Source: Bugula neritina (Eukaryota > Animalia > Bryozoa). Taken from it: a DNA stretch of 64,000 nt. Made by a program: the position numbers and the translations under genes. Location of the stretch: positions 27,730,628 to 27,794,627 of the forward strand of contig OZ037767.1 of assembly GCA_964035545.1 (NCBI GenBank). The letters run 5' to 3'. The notes under the pieces were generated by a model. It searched no databases and was not told where the DNA came from. It worked only from the letters and a program-made list of their open reading frames with translations. Shown in pieces: positions 38,184 through 51,194 of the stretch (its first letter is position 1; every line of letters begins with the position of its first letter).

Positions 38184-40432
38184 ATGAGCAAATTTTCTGC
38201 TGAGAGTTTTCTTAAGGCAGTTTTACTTTTTCTTTGTATATCAGTTATTAGCAGTGCACCGGTTGCACCACAGGTGGGTGTAATTTATTTTATTTATGTA
38301 ACACTATATTTAGTTCATTGATGTAATTCTAACAAAAATTTTGTATAGTACAGAGTTCTGAACTCGTCTGCCTAAATTTAATGTAAAATGCTGTACTCTT
38401 TCAAGAAAATTATAATTTTCATATCATACTAAATGGAAAATTTTAGCACATATTTATATAATATGTGTACATAAATTCTATGAACCTTGACAAAATAATT
38501 TTGTACTAACTTCATTACAACGATATTGTACTTGATAACTTGCAAACATAAAGTTGATGTATGTATTACAAATATACTTTCCATCAAACATTATTTATAT
38601 ATGCACTTTTTATTATTATATAGTGTATGTAATAGTTATTATATATATTATATGCAATAGTTATTCTGTAGTATTGTGAAAGCAGCTAGTGGTTATGCAA
38701 TAATAAAACTAATATTCAAGTGCAGTAGTGTTTATTATATAGTGTAATTATACAGTGTTATTAATTTTAGATGAATGAGCAATCTCCCTCATCCAGAGAT
38801 GAAACACCAAGGTAAAGAACAACCTTTGAAATAACATAAAGCAATCTTATTCATATCCAGAGATGAATTTCAACCCTACATAGACACATAATGTGTTGAA
38901 CTATTTTACAAGCAGCTCGGAGTTGGGGACGAAGGATGATTTCCTTTTGGGGGTCTCAAGATTAGAGTTGGCGGGCCTGAATCTGAACTTGAGACCCTCA
39001 TACATACAAATCATAATGTGTTAAATCAGTAGCTGCATGAGCTGTGAACATGCGAGTCAGTAATTTGGTATAAACATTTCTGTCGCGTGTCTTTTTATCT
39101 GAATTGAGTGTCAATATTACTTAAGGCTCTTCACCAGAAAATTCAAATTGTACGAGACGAAGCTATTGGCCTCCTCACCATTCAGCTGACTGTTATTATC
39201 AACCTCCATATCCATACTATGTGCAATAACATGTCTATTTGTGTGTAAAATTAATTCTGTGTGTTTAGTCCATCGGAGGTTCAAAGTGATGTAAAAATAT
39301 GGGAAGATTTATTCAACAGTCAGCCAGAAGTTAGAGTTTATTTGGGAAACTTAATGGACTGTATAACTGTGGTGGACCAGCTCCAGCTTATACAGAAGTA
39401 CTTCTATTCTGTGGATGGTAAGTTTCCATGCTGTGTTGAAGTTTTCATGCTGTGTTAAAGTTTCTATGCTGTGTTTAAGTTTCCATGCTGTGTTTAAGTT
39501 TCCATGATGCATTTAATTGGTTCATCTTAAGCCACTCTGTCTTTCTGTACTTAAAGTAATGCAGTTGGCTATTGAGCTGTTGACTTAACATTTAACCCAA
39601 TTGCAGTAAACTATTTTTTACTCAAGTTTAAATTGTGTTTTGAGGCTGTTCATCAAAATGTCAATTTTATTATCAGCATAATATATAAGGGTCAAAACTG
39701 TAAAAGCGAGAGTTAAACATAATTTAATATTTTTTCTGAGTAGCATTCAAATAAACAATGGTAAAACGTGCTATACTATATTATACTACAGGTGACGAAG
39801 AGGCCCTAGCATTATCACAGATTACACTTTGCCAGCTTGGAATGAGCATAGCTGAAGCTGCTGGGGTTGACTTCCAACAACCAGACTCTAATAATGGTGT
39901 TTTTGAAAACTACAAACGCTCATTTGACAGCATTGGAAATGGACCCATTGGTCTTAAAAGATCATTTGACAGCATTGGAAATGGACCCATTGGTCTTAAA
40001 AGATCCTTTGACAGCATTGGAAATGGACCCATTGGCCTTAAAAGATCTTTTGACAGCATTGGAAATGGACAAGTTGAGCTCAAACGCTCCTTTGATAGCA
40101 TTGGAAATGGACCAATTGGTCTTAAACGATCATTTGACAGCATTGGAAATGGACCAATTGGCCTTAAAAGATCTTTTGACAGCATTGGAAATGGACCAAT
40201 TGGTCTCAAACGATCACATGACTCTATAGGATTCGGCCCTATTGGTCTCAAGAGATCCTTTGGGGGTATAGGTGGCAGACCAGCCAGTTATAAGAGAAAT
40301 GTTGCCGATAGCGAGCCAGAACTATATGAAGAAGAAGCTCCAAAAACAAATATGAAGTTCCCAGCATTATCAAAGCTGAGAGAAATTGAAGCAGAGTTAA
40401 ACCAAAAGGCAAACAGCAACATCAAAAAGTAA
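38184..40432 (+). CDS. Pedal peptide/orcokinin-type (FDSIG) neuropeptide precursor, 306 aa, 4 exons
   Basis: Exons 38184-38273, 38771-38811, 39269-39417, 39792-40432 are in frame (921 nt). Signal peptide MSKFSAESFLKAVLLFLCISVISS. KR-flanked peptides: 6x SFDSIGNGPIGL, plus SFDSIGNGQVEL, SHDSIGFGPIGL and SFGGIGGRPASY. None has an amidation Gly. Confidence 0.9.
39420..39510. repeat. 19-bp tandem repeat (AAGTTTCCATGCTGTGTTN), about 5 copies, starting inside the exon 3 donor
   Basis: Directly visible. Confidence 0.85.
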
Positions 40433-41952
40433 CGTTGAGTTAGAAAGGTTTTTAATGGATTTCAAAGAAACAAAATTTTACAGAATTATTCTACAACTTT
40501 ATATGTTTAATGGGCATAGGTTTTGTCTCTGTTGCTTTTGTTCAACAAATGAAAGATGCAAGTATTTTACTTATTATTCCTCGACATTGTAACATTTTTT
40601 CTAACAACATTTATCATTCATTTTAGTTTTCTTGAAACAAAAATTAATATAATATTGCAACTAGCATAACGCATGTTTTACAAACTTTCTGCTTTTTTTA
40701 TTTTTTTGATCCTTAGGATAACCCAATATAACTTGAATTGGTTTATTATAAATGTTATATTTGTGTAACAAATATTTCAGTTCTATAGTTTCTGTCCTAG
40801 AAAATAAACTTTCCAATTGAAGACACATTATTTATTTAGTTGAAACAAGTCTCAAGTGCAAATGTCTGGTGGATTACAATTTCAGGAAACTCAATTTTGA
40901 TGAGTTTCAAACTATACATAGGCTTCCATGATTAATATAACATGTTCCTATGAGGCAAAAGATCATTATAATATTTGTATTAATTATTTACAAATACATT
41001 TAAAACTAGTAGTTAGTAAATTGATAATGTCTTATACAGAAATTTTTGATGATGTAATATTAATCAACTCCTACATATAAAATTGATTTACATTTTTTAT
41101 TTATGAATTTGACGTTAGAATTTCAAATTTTTTTGATAAGTGTGAAATTGAACATGTTAGAAAAACAAACGGCAAATATAAAAGACTGGCGTGTAGTCCT
41201 GTGCCTTGGTATATTATTCCTCCATGTGTGGTACCATTAGTAGGCTTTCAACTTTCAGTTTTTGTAATTTATCATTTTAGATTTTGTAGAGAAGTTTGAG
41301 TTACATGTGAGATAAATACTTTGGTATTGAAAAGATTATCATAGACAAGTGTAAACATATCAGAGTACTAATTCTGAAAAGAATATACTCGCAGAAATAC
41401 AATACTGTGGAATAGCATCTATATTTTGATGGTCTCTATATTGATTGAGATGTTGCTGCCTAATATATAAGTAATAATTCATTTGATGAGTGCACCTTAT
41501 AAGTAAATAATACAGTACTTGGTGCATAAGACAGACTATATGTTCATTGGGCAAGACAGAATAAAAATATCACTAATACCTACTTGCCTGCCAAAGCAAC
41601 ATTTCGCAATATCTAATGCAGGTACAAGTGGATGTTGGAATAAATTAAAATTAATATCAGTAATATATTAATTTTGATGCTTGCTGCACTTTTCATTGTG
41701 TAGAAAAAAGAATCAGTCAATTGAATATGTGTGCTCTTTTTATAGCTTCAGTTCAAGTAATTTTATAAATAAAAAATCTGATCAGCAACAGACAGTAGAT
41801 AGAAACACATTGACTATGCGAGACAACATGATAACAGAGGATGTGTAGTCAATAAAGTCATTAAGATTTTATTGCTAGTTTTATTAATAAAGCTAGTTTA
41901 GTCACAATCCAGCAAGGGGGACAATAATGTTATATTTTATAGTTTGAGATAA

Positions 41953-42454
<502 letters not shown>

Positions 42455-44021
42455 TTGTCATCAGAATTATTATTTCGTAAGAGAAGTCTTTGTTTTGCAA
42501 TAGACTGCTTGTGTTCGAAGTTGGAAGATAATGTAACACCTGATAAGAAAGGAGCCAATGTGAAATAAATGGTATTTCAAGTATCAATATTCTTCAACAA
42601 ACACTTGTAACACTGGATGTAGTTTATTGAACCCTCAACATGTAAAGTGCTATAAAACATGCTGCATGCAGTCACTAGTAATAAATCTGTTGATATACTA
42701 ATTGTTGATGTAATCTTCAAGCTATTACGAAAGGGTTACAACTTACAACTATCATGTACCGTCACAACACCAGACTTGCTAGACTATAAATCATTCATAA
42801 CGGGATAAGCTAGGTAAAGTTGTTGAAAGTGAAGTTATTCTAACATAGTCAAAATAAATTGTCTTTAAACTTTACAAACACAGCTCAGCTCAAATAAATA
42901 GTGTGTAGCTACAACTGCAAACAGAAAGCGGACAAATCCTACATATAGAAGTATAAAGGAAATGATTATAAAATCAACCACACAATTTGTTTTCATTAAC
43001 TTTTGTACAAAATAGTTTACTCTTCATCTAATAGTCAAAAAATAAACCAATGCCTAAGTTAAGACATGGGGATTCAAACAGTACAAGCTGTTTCACTTAT
43101 TTAGCTGCTGTAGCAAGATTTTATTAGCCTAAGCTCTTTAATTTTTCTTTTATTATATTTCTCATTTAGAGCACAGGCTATTCTCAATTTTTCCATTACT
43201 CCACCAACTTCATTTCAGTACACTAAGAATGTATATTTTTTAGAAAACCCTATACATTATAGAATTCAAAGCAAATCAATAAATATAATTTGTTATTAAT
43301 ACTTTGATGGGCATTGAAGAAAGAGCCAATGTGCAAATTTGTATATTCAATATTCAAATTACAATTCCAAGAATAAATAAATAAATTTATTTGTACACAC
43401 GTGGCACATTATCATTAATTAAGTTCTATAATGGTAATAACTGCGGAACATCTGTTGGCTTTTGACCAGTCGTATTTTGTAACAGGTTTGGTGCATATAA
43501 CCTCCTCATAAGAGCTTCATAGGGAAATGTGAAATATAGTCCACAATCATGCTGCAGTCACACACTATCTTAAGCTCCATTACTTTTAGCAGTATTATTT
43601 ACCCTTTATGAGATTTGCAACAAATTAAGCTGGCAAGAATATAAAAAATTGTTTTTGGTATGCAAGCAACTATATTATCTTTAATGCAACAAGGAAATAA
43701 AGGCACATTTTAGTAAAAGTTGCTAAAAATTTCAAATTTTGTAGAAGTTGATAATTTTAGTTCATCTAATGAAGAAACTTACAAATTTTAAAATATGATA
43801 GGAAATTTCAACTAAAATTTGTTTTCACTTACATTAAAACCACCCAAAGTTTATCTGAACATTTTATTTTTCGATGCATCTAATGCTAAAGGTGGCTGTA
43901 GGGCACAACACAGTGATAACAGTAGTACACCCTGCTAGCTGTTACCATATGCTTGTTCTCATTAAAGAGCTGAAGAAAAATGAAAACTTGTTAGTTTGAA
44001 ATCAGTTATCACGTCTGCACA

Positions 44022-47000
44022 ATGTGGTTTTGTAGAGTTGCAGTTTTAGTAACACTAGTCTTAGTAGGGTCTATAGTGGCCAGTTCTGGTGGCCAGAATC
44101 AAGACAATTGCCCAGAACTTAAGTCTCCAGACGTAAAATATTTTGATATAAATCTGCCACATCAACTGCATGTGCCTGCAAGACACACCATTTATGTCTG
44201 CCAACAGTTTAAGGTAGGAATATGGCTGAAATCAATTGCTTTTGACTTTGATTCATAACAGTAGGAGTATGAAGTCAAGTGCTCTAGCTTTTTATTTTAA
44301 TAAAGAATGAAATGATTAGCAATAATTTACAGGAAACCAATAAAACTTTGTATGATATATTGATGTAAGACTAATTACAGTTCCTTTTGTAAAAATGGTA
44401 ACTGAAGAAGCTAAAATATTAAGACTGTGCAAATATTGGCCACAGTACAGTACTAACATTATCAAGACCAATTCAATACGTACACAGTAAAACAAATTGC
44501 GATTAAGTTCAAGAACTGGCGCTACTTGAAACACCTTGAAATTTCCTGTTATGCTTGATAATCATAGAGTGATTTATAAAGCTGACACTTGCAACGTATT
44601 GACTATATTGATGAAACTAGATATAACGTGTGGGGCACTGCAATAGCGAGCTGATTCATCTTTAGGTAACTGATCAATGTTGTTTATTTTAACCTCATTT
44701 CCACCTCGTCAGTGCGTTGCTATTATTCAACGCTTAAGTAGTTTTTGTTTAGATTTTTATGAAGAAAAGCATTAACATAAGCCTAATGCAACTTGGTCCA
44801 CTTCTGGTACACTTTACTGTATATTGTAGCAATTATAGCTGTTGTCACAAAATTTAAAAAAAAAACACAATTGATAAATTCTGAAGTCTGTGCTACATTT
44901 ATAAATGCAGACTTATACAGGCATTAGGTACAATTTATTCCTAGTCTATCAGTATACAAGCTCATCAAAGTACACACCTTGATACTAATCTACATAATCT
45001 ATGGCGTAGTATTTCCATATGCTATGTATACAAACACCTTTTGCTATGCAGTGGTATTGAAATATCAAGACAAGCTTGGGCTAGTAACCTTTAATATAGC
45101 TATGTGACAGCAGTTATATCAGTGTGACATATTGCTACACATGTCTTCATATTACACAAAACACAATCTCACAAATACTTGTAATAGACATACAGCCAAC
45201 TAATTATCAAAGTTGTGTGGCAGTTAATTCAAAGAAACTATTATCAATGCCAGAAAATCATCATATCTTGAAGGCAATTATCAGAGATATTTAGTTTCCA
45301 ATAGCTATGATAAAATGAATTATGCAAATAAAATACAATATACACATTGTCTCATAGTAGGTTCTATTGATATTTTCCTAACAGTTCTCAAATACCAAAT
45401 TTTAATGGAAGTCTTTTTTAAACAGGTGCCCAAAAAGCTAGTTGACCAAACCCACACCATTATTGGATTTTCCCCCATAATTGGCAACACTGAGGTGATG
45501 CACCATATGATCTTGTTCGGATGCACAAAGGAGACGCCCAAATCGGTGAGATATTAACTAAACATAATATTATTTAAAAATAACATTTAGAAATGTGATT
45601 TCTGCTTAAATTCTGGTCTAACATGCATAGGGGATTATTAGAAAAAAGAAATAACCCAAAACTGTTTTCCTTTAATTAAGGACATACATTTTCAAAAGTG
45701 GTTTATAAAAGTCAAATTTAAAATCATATATAATACCAGTCACCAAATAATCTTATCTGTCTCGTGTTTACATGCCATAAATTAATTAACTAAACCATCA
45801 AAAAAGAATATAAACTAAAAATTTCAAATGTTGCTAAACTATTTGCTATAACAGTTTTTATGTTTGTAGTCTATTCACTAGTTTTGCTATAAAATATTTA
45901 ACTAACAAAGCTTTTAATAAAAGTTTTAATATCACTCAATTATGGCTGTAAAAGAATATAAATTTTAATAATTTTACTTAGTATAAGTCATTCATCAGAA
46001 AAAAGGTTGAGTTCTGAGTAAATAATGTTTATTTAAGTAGGAGCCACACAGTTGTGGAGGTCAAGAAAACACTTGCAGATCTTTCCTGACAGTTTGGAGC
46101 TTAGGCTTTAATTCTAATGAAACGTGTTTGTACCCTAAGAGTGGAATCAGCATTGGGAAGGAGGGGTATCAGACCCTCTCTCTACAAATTCATTGGAACA
46201 ATGAACTTGAGAAATCAGGTCTTCAAGGTGAGCTGAACTTTCCAGAGCAGAGCGTTACCTAAGCACACAGTGCTGATGAAATTGTAATATTTTACTCCAT
46301 ATATGCAGACAGATATATATATGCTTCCTGTATGTATGTGTTAGATATATGCATGTTGCACATGTAGATACAATTTTATTAGTAAAGTTAGTAAAAAATG
46401 AAATAAAAGACTTGAAAATATTGTTGATAACAAAATTTCTTATTTATCAATAAGTTTTTTGCTAATAGATACTTTTGGGATCATTTGCTACTACAGTTCT
46501 GTTATACTTTGTGAAGGTGTTAAAAATAATGTGTGCAAGCATGAGTGCAGTATGTGTGTATGTGGGTGTATACATATTATGTGTATGAATGTGTGTATAT
46601 ATCAATGTTTGTTATATATATGCTATGTGTTGATTTTTAGATTCGTCGGGTATAAGAATTTTTTACAGTGAACAGAGGAGAAAATACGAGCTGGGAAATG
46701 TGCAGATTGGTCAAGACGATATCGAGATTCCCACAGGAAGTGTCCGTTTAGAGCATTCTGGGAGTTGCAGCCCATACTGCACTGGCAAACTGTTTAATGC
46801 GCCATTTTATTTGACGAGAACTTTTATTCACATGCATTCATTGGGTAAGAAAAAGTTAATTAACTATTAGAAAAGTTTTACCTTCATAAAAACCCTTTAT
46901 CGGCCATACAGGCTGCATTAAAGCTAAACTTGACTTTTGCTCAAGCATTTGGTACCCAACCTTCTGATCTATTTAGATATATTTCCATCTAGAAGTAATT

Positions 47001-50000
47001 TTTTGCAATCCTGTTGTATAGTTTACACCTAGTAAATTCAATGAGTTTTGTAGTCAGTTTGAGGTTTGATATGACCAGCTCTTTTGCACTGACAAAGAAT
47101 TGCAATGATCAGTTTAACATAAAATACTAAGAAAAAACAAAATTCTTAAATCCACAGAAAGTTTGAATACAGTTTTTAGATGAAGACCCACACACATAGT
47201 TATAAATCATGGTATACATATACTATATATACATTCATTTCGGAATTCTTTTAGGACGACGTGGTTTTAATCTTGGTTATGAAAGTACGCTCTGTCTTAG
47301 TTGACATGCAAATAACAGATCCCTTCTTGGAAGAACAAGAAATATAAAATTGTTTCAAAATTAAAGTTGACCATCAAAGAGCTGCTTACAACTGACTGAT
47401 TACTAAGAAGTCTTATTATTTGGTAGAGAGAATAGAGTCTTATATTAATTTGAAATTGTTCATCAATAGTTGATCCTGTAACTGCTTAATATGGTCTAAT
47501 ATTTTATAGTTTACTTTGAAGTAATTGTTCTATCACTGAACACTCAATTCTCATTGCACACAAAATGAGATAGTCTCTTATTAATAGTATAGTAATATTA
47601 TATATGGTACTATTGAGCACAAGTCTCTTATGAAGTTTATGAAAAACTTTGCCTTCACTGGGATTCGAACCCCAGACCTCTGGACTGCAACCAAGTGTGC
47701 TAACCATTATACCACGGGGACCACTGGGTAAACTCAACACTACGAAGTTATCTGTCCTTGGACAAACAGCTTATGAGAAAATAACTACACATTTGTATAT
47801 ATGTAACTGTATATGGCGGTTCTGCTCCATTAGGCTTGCTTTGAAGTTATTTGTCTTTAAATAAACAAGCTACGAGCAGATAACTTCACAAGGAATAGGA
47901 TAGGTTTATGTAGAAAAAAGGTATTGCTCTTGCAGGAGTTGCAGGTCGGCTGGATCAGTATAGGAATGGGTCTTATTTAAGAAACATAGCTTATGATGAT
48001 GTTTACTCATATAGCAAGCCCCCAGTCCATTACCACCCACGGGCCATAAAGATACAACCAGGTAAAATTTCAACACCCTTCTGTCATTTGATAGTCATAG
48101 AAAAATTTCCAATTGAAATAAATCTTTTTGAAATAGCAATTAGTACTTTTATAAAATTTCAAATCTAAATTTTCTTAAAAATTCCTCAACTTCTTTTCAA
48201 TAAAAAAATGCTGATGAGAAATGCAAAAATAGTTGATGGTAAGTAGAATGTTGTCTTGCAAACTGCCACCATTAGTGGTTGAGAGAATACATTTTAGCAA
48301 TTTTCAACCATTGTATTCAATTTTTAGGTGATGAAATCAAATTGACTTGTTGGTTCACTAGTGCTGGAGCTAAAAGGCAGCAAAACCACACTATTTACTG
48401 GGGAGAAGGAACAGAGATAAGTTAAACATAATCTTATTTCTCTAAAGCACTCATCTATTTCTCACTTGAGCACTGTTCAACAGTTGTAAATAGCTACTTT
48501 AGTAAAAATACATAATGTGTAGGCTGTAGCTTTAGATGTAAGTTTCTTAGTGCAAAGGAATAGGCTAGTTTCACAACATTGAACGAAATATAACAATCTT
48601 CAGAATTATCCTTTCTTGATTTCAACATCAATTCAAAAGTTGCTATGTATGGAATCACCAAAATGTGTATATTTTAATTCTATATATAATATATAATTAT
48701 GATATGTTTTCAAAATACGTAAAGGCTGAATGCCAAGCTATATAGAAAACATATTGCAATTAAGGTGATCATATAAACTTCTGAGCAATATAATTTAAAA
48801 TAGACTTTGAAGGAAGGGGTGTCAAGCTGTAGCATAGCTAAATTTTCTGTTGAGCAAAAACACAAAAGCCGGGATTGTATTACACAGAGCTAATATTGCT
48901 ACGATATAATATTAACTCATGGTGTACTCAGAAATAATTTAATAGTAAATATGAACAGTTAGCAGTGGATAAACTTTCTCACATACAATAATATGCAACC
49001 AGCAAACTGTATAATTTGTTATTCACCTATTTTATTTTTTCCAGTGAAAGTTAAGCATTTGACTATGTTGTTTTGAAGCATATTCCTTAATGCATATTTC
49101 ATACTTACCAAAAAATATAGCATATAAATAGACGGGTGCTTTAATATCAACACATACCCTTACCATTTCTGTGTTTAAAATGGTCCAGCATGCTTCTGTG
49201 GTATTGTGTTAACTACCCGCCAACATACTTAGGTTTTGTGTATATTATTTTGCTCCTTTATTCATTTGTCCTGCTCACCTGCATTTTGCTTATGTGCCAT
49301 GTATTTTTGTATGTGCTTTCTAGCTTTATTTTTGGCTATATAGCATTTTCTCACTATTGCTTACTACTATTATTAGGGACCTCAAACTGGGCAACTTTTA
49401 ATTGATCTTTTTAGGGCGAAATGTGTTATGCTTTTGTCACCTACTTTCCAAAAGCAGAAGGATTTGATCAGTGTATCAAGTTTTCAGATTACGATCAGTG
49501 TGACAATTACAGAGATCAAAGTAAGCCATATATATTTGGCTGTGTAGCATAGATGCATTAGTCTGTGCTTGTTTGAAACATGGTGTGCATTTGTCTCCAA
49601 AAGTTATGTAAACAGAGGAGACAATACGATCTTCAGCCTCTTAGCTGTTCATTCAAACCAAACTAACACCACAATGCAGGTTACAGCAGAGGAAATAAGC
49701 TCACTGCATTGAGTAGATAACTATATGCCCTCCAAACTGACCCACTTTCATAGGTACTAAAAATATGTGCAAAATACTGCACAGTTGAAAATAATATTTG
49801 AAAAAGTTATATACTGTAAAACTATCTTTCAATTTATGATTTTAGCCTTAAAAATGGGAAAATGCGATTTTAAGCGGTTTTCATATGACATGGGTGGTGA
49901 ATTAGGCACAGTAAGACAAGCTTGCCCAAAGACTGTTGCAAGTGTCAGCTGCCATTCCAAGTGCAGTAGAAGTGTGTCTAGGATATACAACCATCCTTGT

Positions 50001-50428
50001 ATGCAGGTAAGGGAGTCATTTCAAGACCAAACCTTGTTTTTGTAACCTGCGCAACAGGCTCTTGAACTATGCACCATCTACTAAACTTCAGCAACATTTA
50101 ACCTTAGAAGAAGTTTGAAGCAGTTAGATTTGCGAAATCGATTGCTGCTCAAAAGTTATATCGATTAAGTCATCTTTCTCAAGGCGCCTTTTTCTAAAGC
50201 GAAATGAGGAACATTCAAATGCTGACATTTGAGCTTATAATTCACATCATGCTCCAGTTGAGTGGTCTAACCATTTGATATGTCAACTAGTATTCAGTAT
50301 TTTAATGATTCATGTTGCAGGGAAGGTTAGCTGTGTTCCTCCAACACCGAGTGTTGAAGACAGTGGACTGGAGCCACATGTCCGCCTTGCACCAACAGCT
50401 AATCACAAAGTGCAAACAGAGCATGTGA
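44022..50428 (+). CDS. Secreted copper type II ascorbate-dependent monooxygenase (DBH/TBH/MOXD1-like, no DOMON domain), about 430 aa, 9 exons; intron 6 has a non-canonical AT donor
   Basis: Exons 44022-44213, 45426-45545, 46041-46227, 46641-46844, 47936-48061, 48328-48416, 49415-49520, 49846-50006, 50321-50428 (1293 nt). Signal peptide, TIYVCQQFKVP, CuH ligands VMHHMILFGC and LQIHWNN, DSSGIRIFY, CuM ligands FIHMHSLG and GEMCY, PGDEIKLTC. AATAAA at 50551. Confidence 0.88.
47650..47721 (-). pseudogene. tRNA-like sequence (tRNA pseudogene or SINE head; GCA at the anticodon position)
   Basis: GTCCCCGTGGTATAATGGTTAGCACACTTGGTTGCAGTCCAGAGGTCTGGGGTTCGAATCCCAGTGAAGGCA has good A and B boxes and is followed by TTTTT. 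The acceptor, anticodon and T stems are mismatched. Confidence 0.65.
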
Positions 50429-51194
50429 TTGCATGATAGGAGCGACTTCTAGTTCAAGCTGTCAGAAAGACTGAGAGCATAGAAATTGTAAACATACTAC
50501 ACAGATTTTATATTAATGTGAATCTCAGAAGTTTATTTCAATTTGATTAAAATAAATTGAAATACAACAACAAAAATTTGCTTGCTATCAAAGAAGCTTA
50601 GTCATCACAAATTAAATCGTACTCAGATACAAATACACATTATTTTTTGTCCCAACACAACGTAAATATTGAATGTCTAGCAACAACAATTGGCCAACAC
50701 AGGGCCAGAAAATCAAAATATATTATATCTAAAACTTACAGCTTTGGAGCACTGAAATCACTACTGCTATTTAAGCAAATATAGTACACTCAGTAATGGT
50801 ACTCTTTTTAATATATTGCCAGACTAAAAACAGCACATTTACAGAATGTAATAAAGGGTAATAAACATAATGATACACATGATGAAGATTGACTAAGATT
50901 ACTAGACATGAAAGATGTTCTAGTGTTGCATGTTGCACCATAATATGAGAGTATAATGGTTTTGAAAATATCATTAATGCCCCAACTGTCTTTCTCAAAC
51001 TGTCAAACAAGTCTTTCTATATAAGTTGAGCAAAAATCTAATACTCAAAACTTTACATGGAGCAAGCAAAGTGGCTATTTTATTAAACAGCAGACAGTAA
51101 CCAGTTAATTATAAATAGTTGTAAATATATAAAAATACATTCTGCACTCGTGTGGAAAGGAGATCCATGAACTCTCCAATCAGCATCCTCTAAC

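Noticed and set aside
38900-39055. GC-richer, possibly SINE-derived patch in a neuropeptide-gene intron
   Set aside because: The A and B boxes are too degenerate and there is no second copy in the window.
39913-40260. Regular 42-nt repeats resembling a CRISPR array
   Set aside because: There are no unique spacers. The repeats are in-frame peptide-coding units in a spliced eukaryotic gene.
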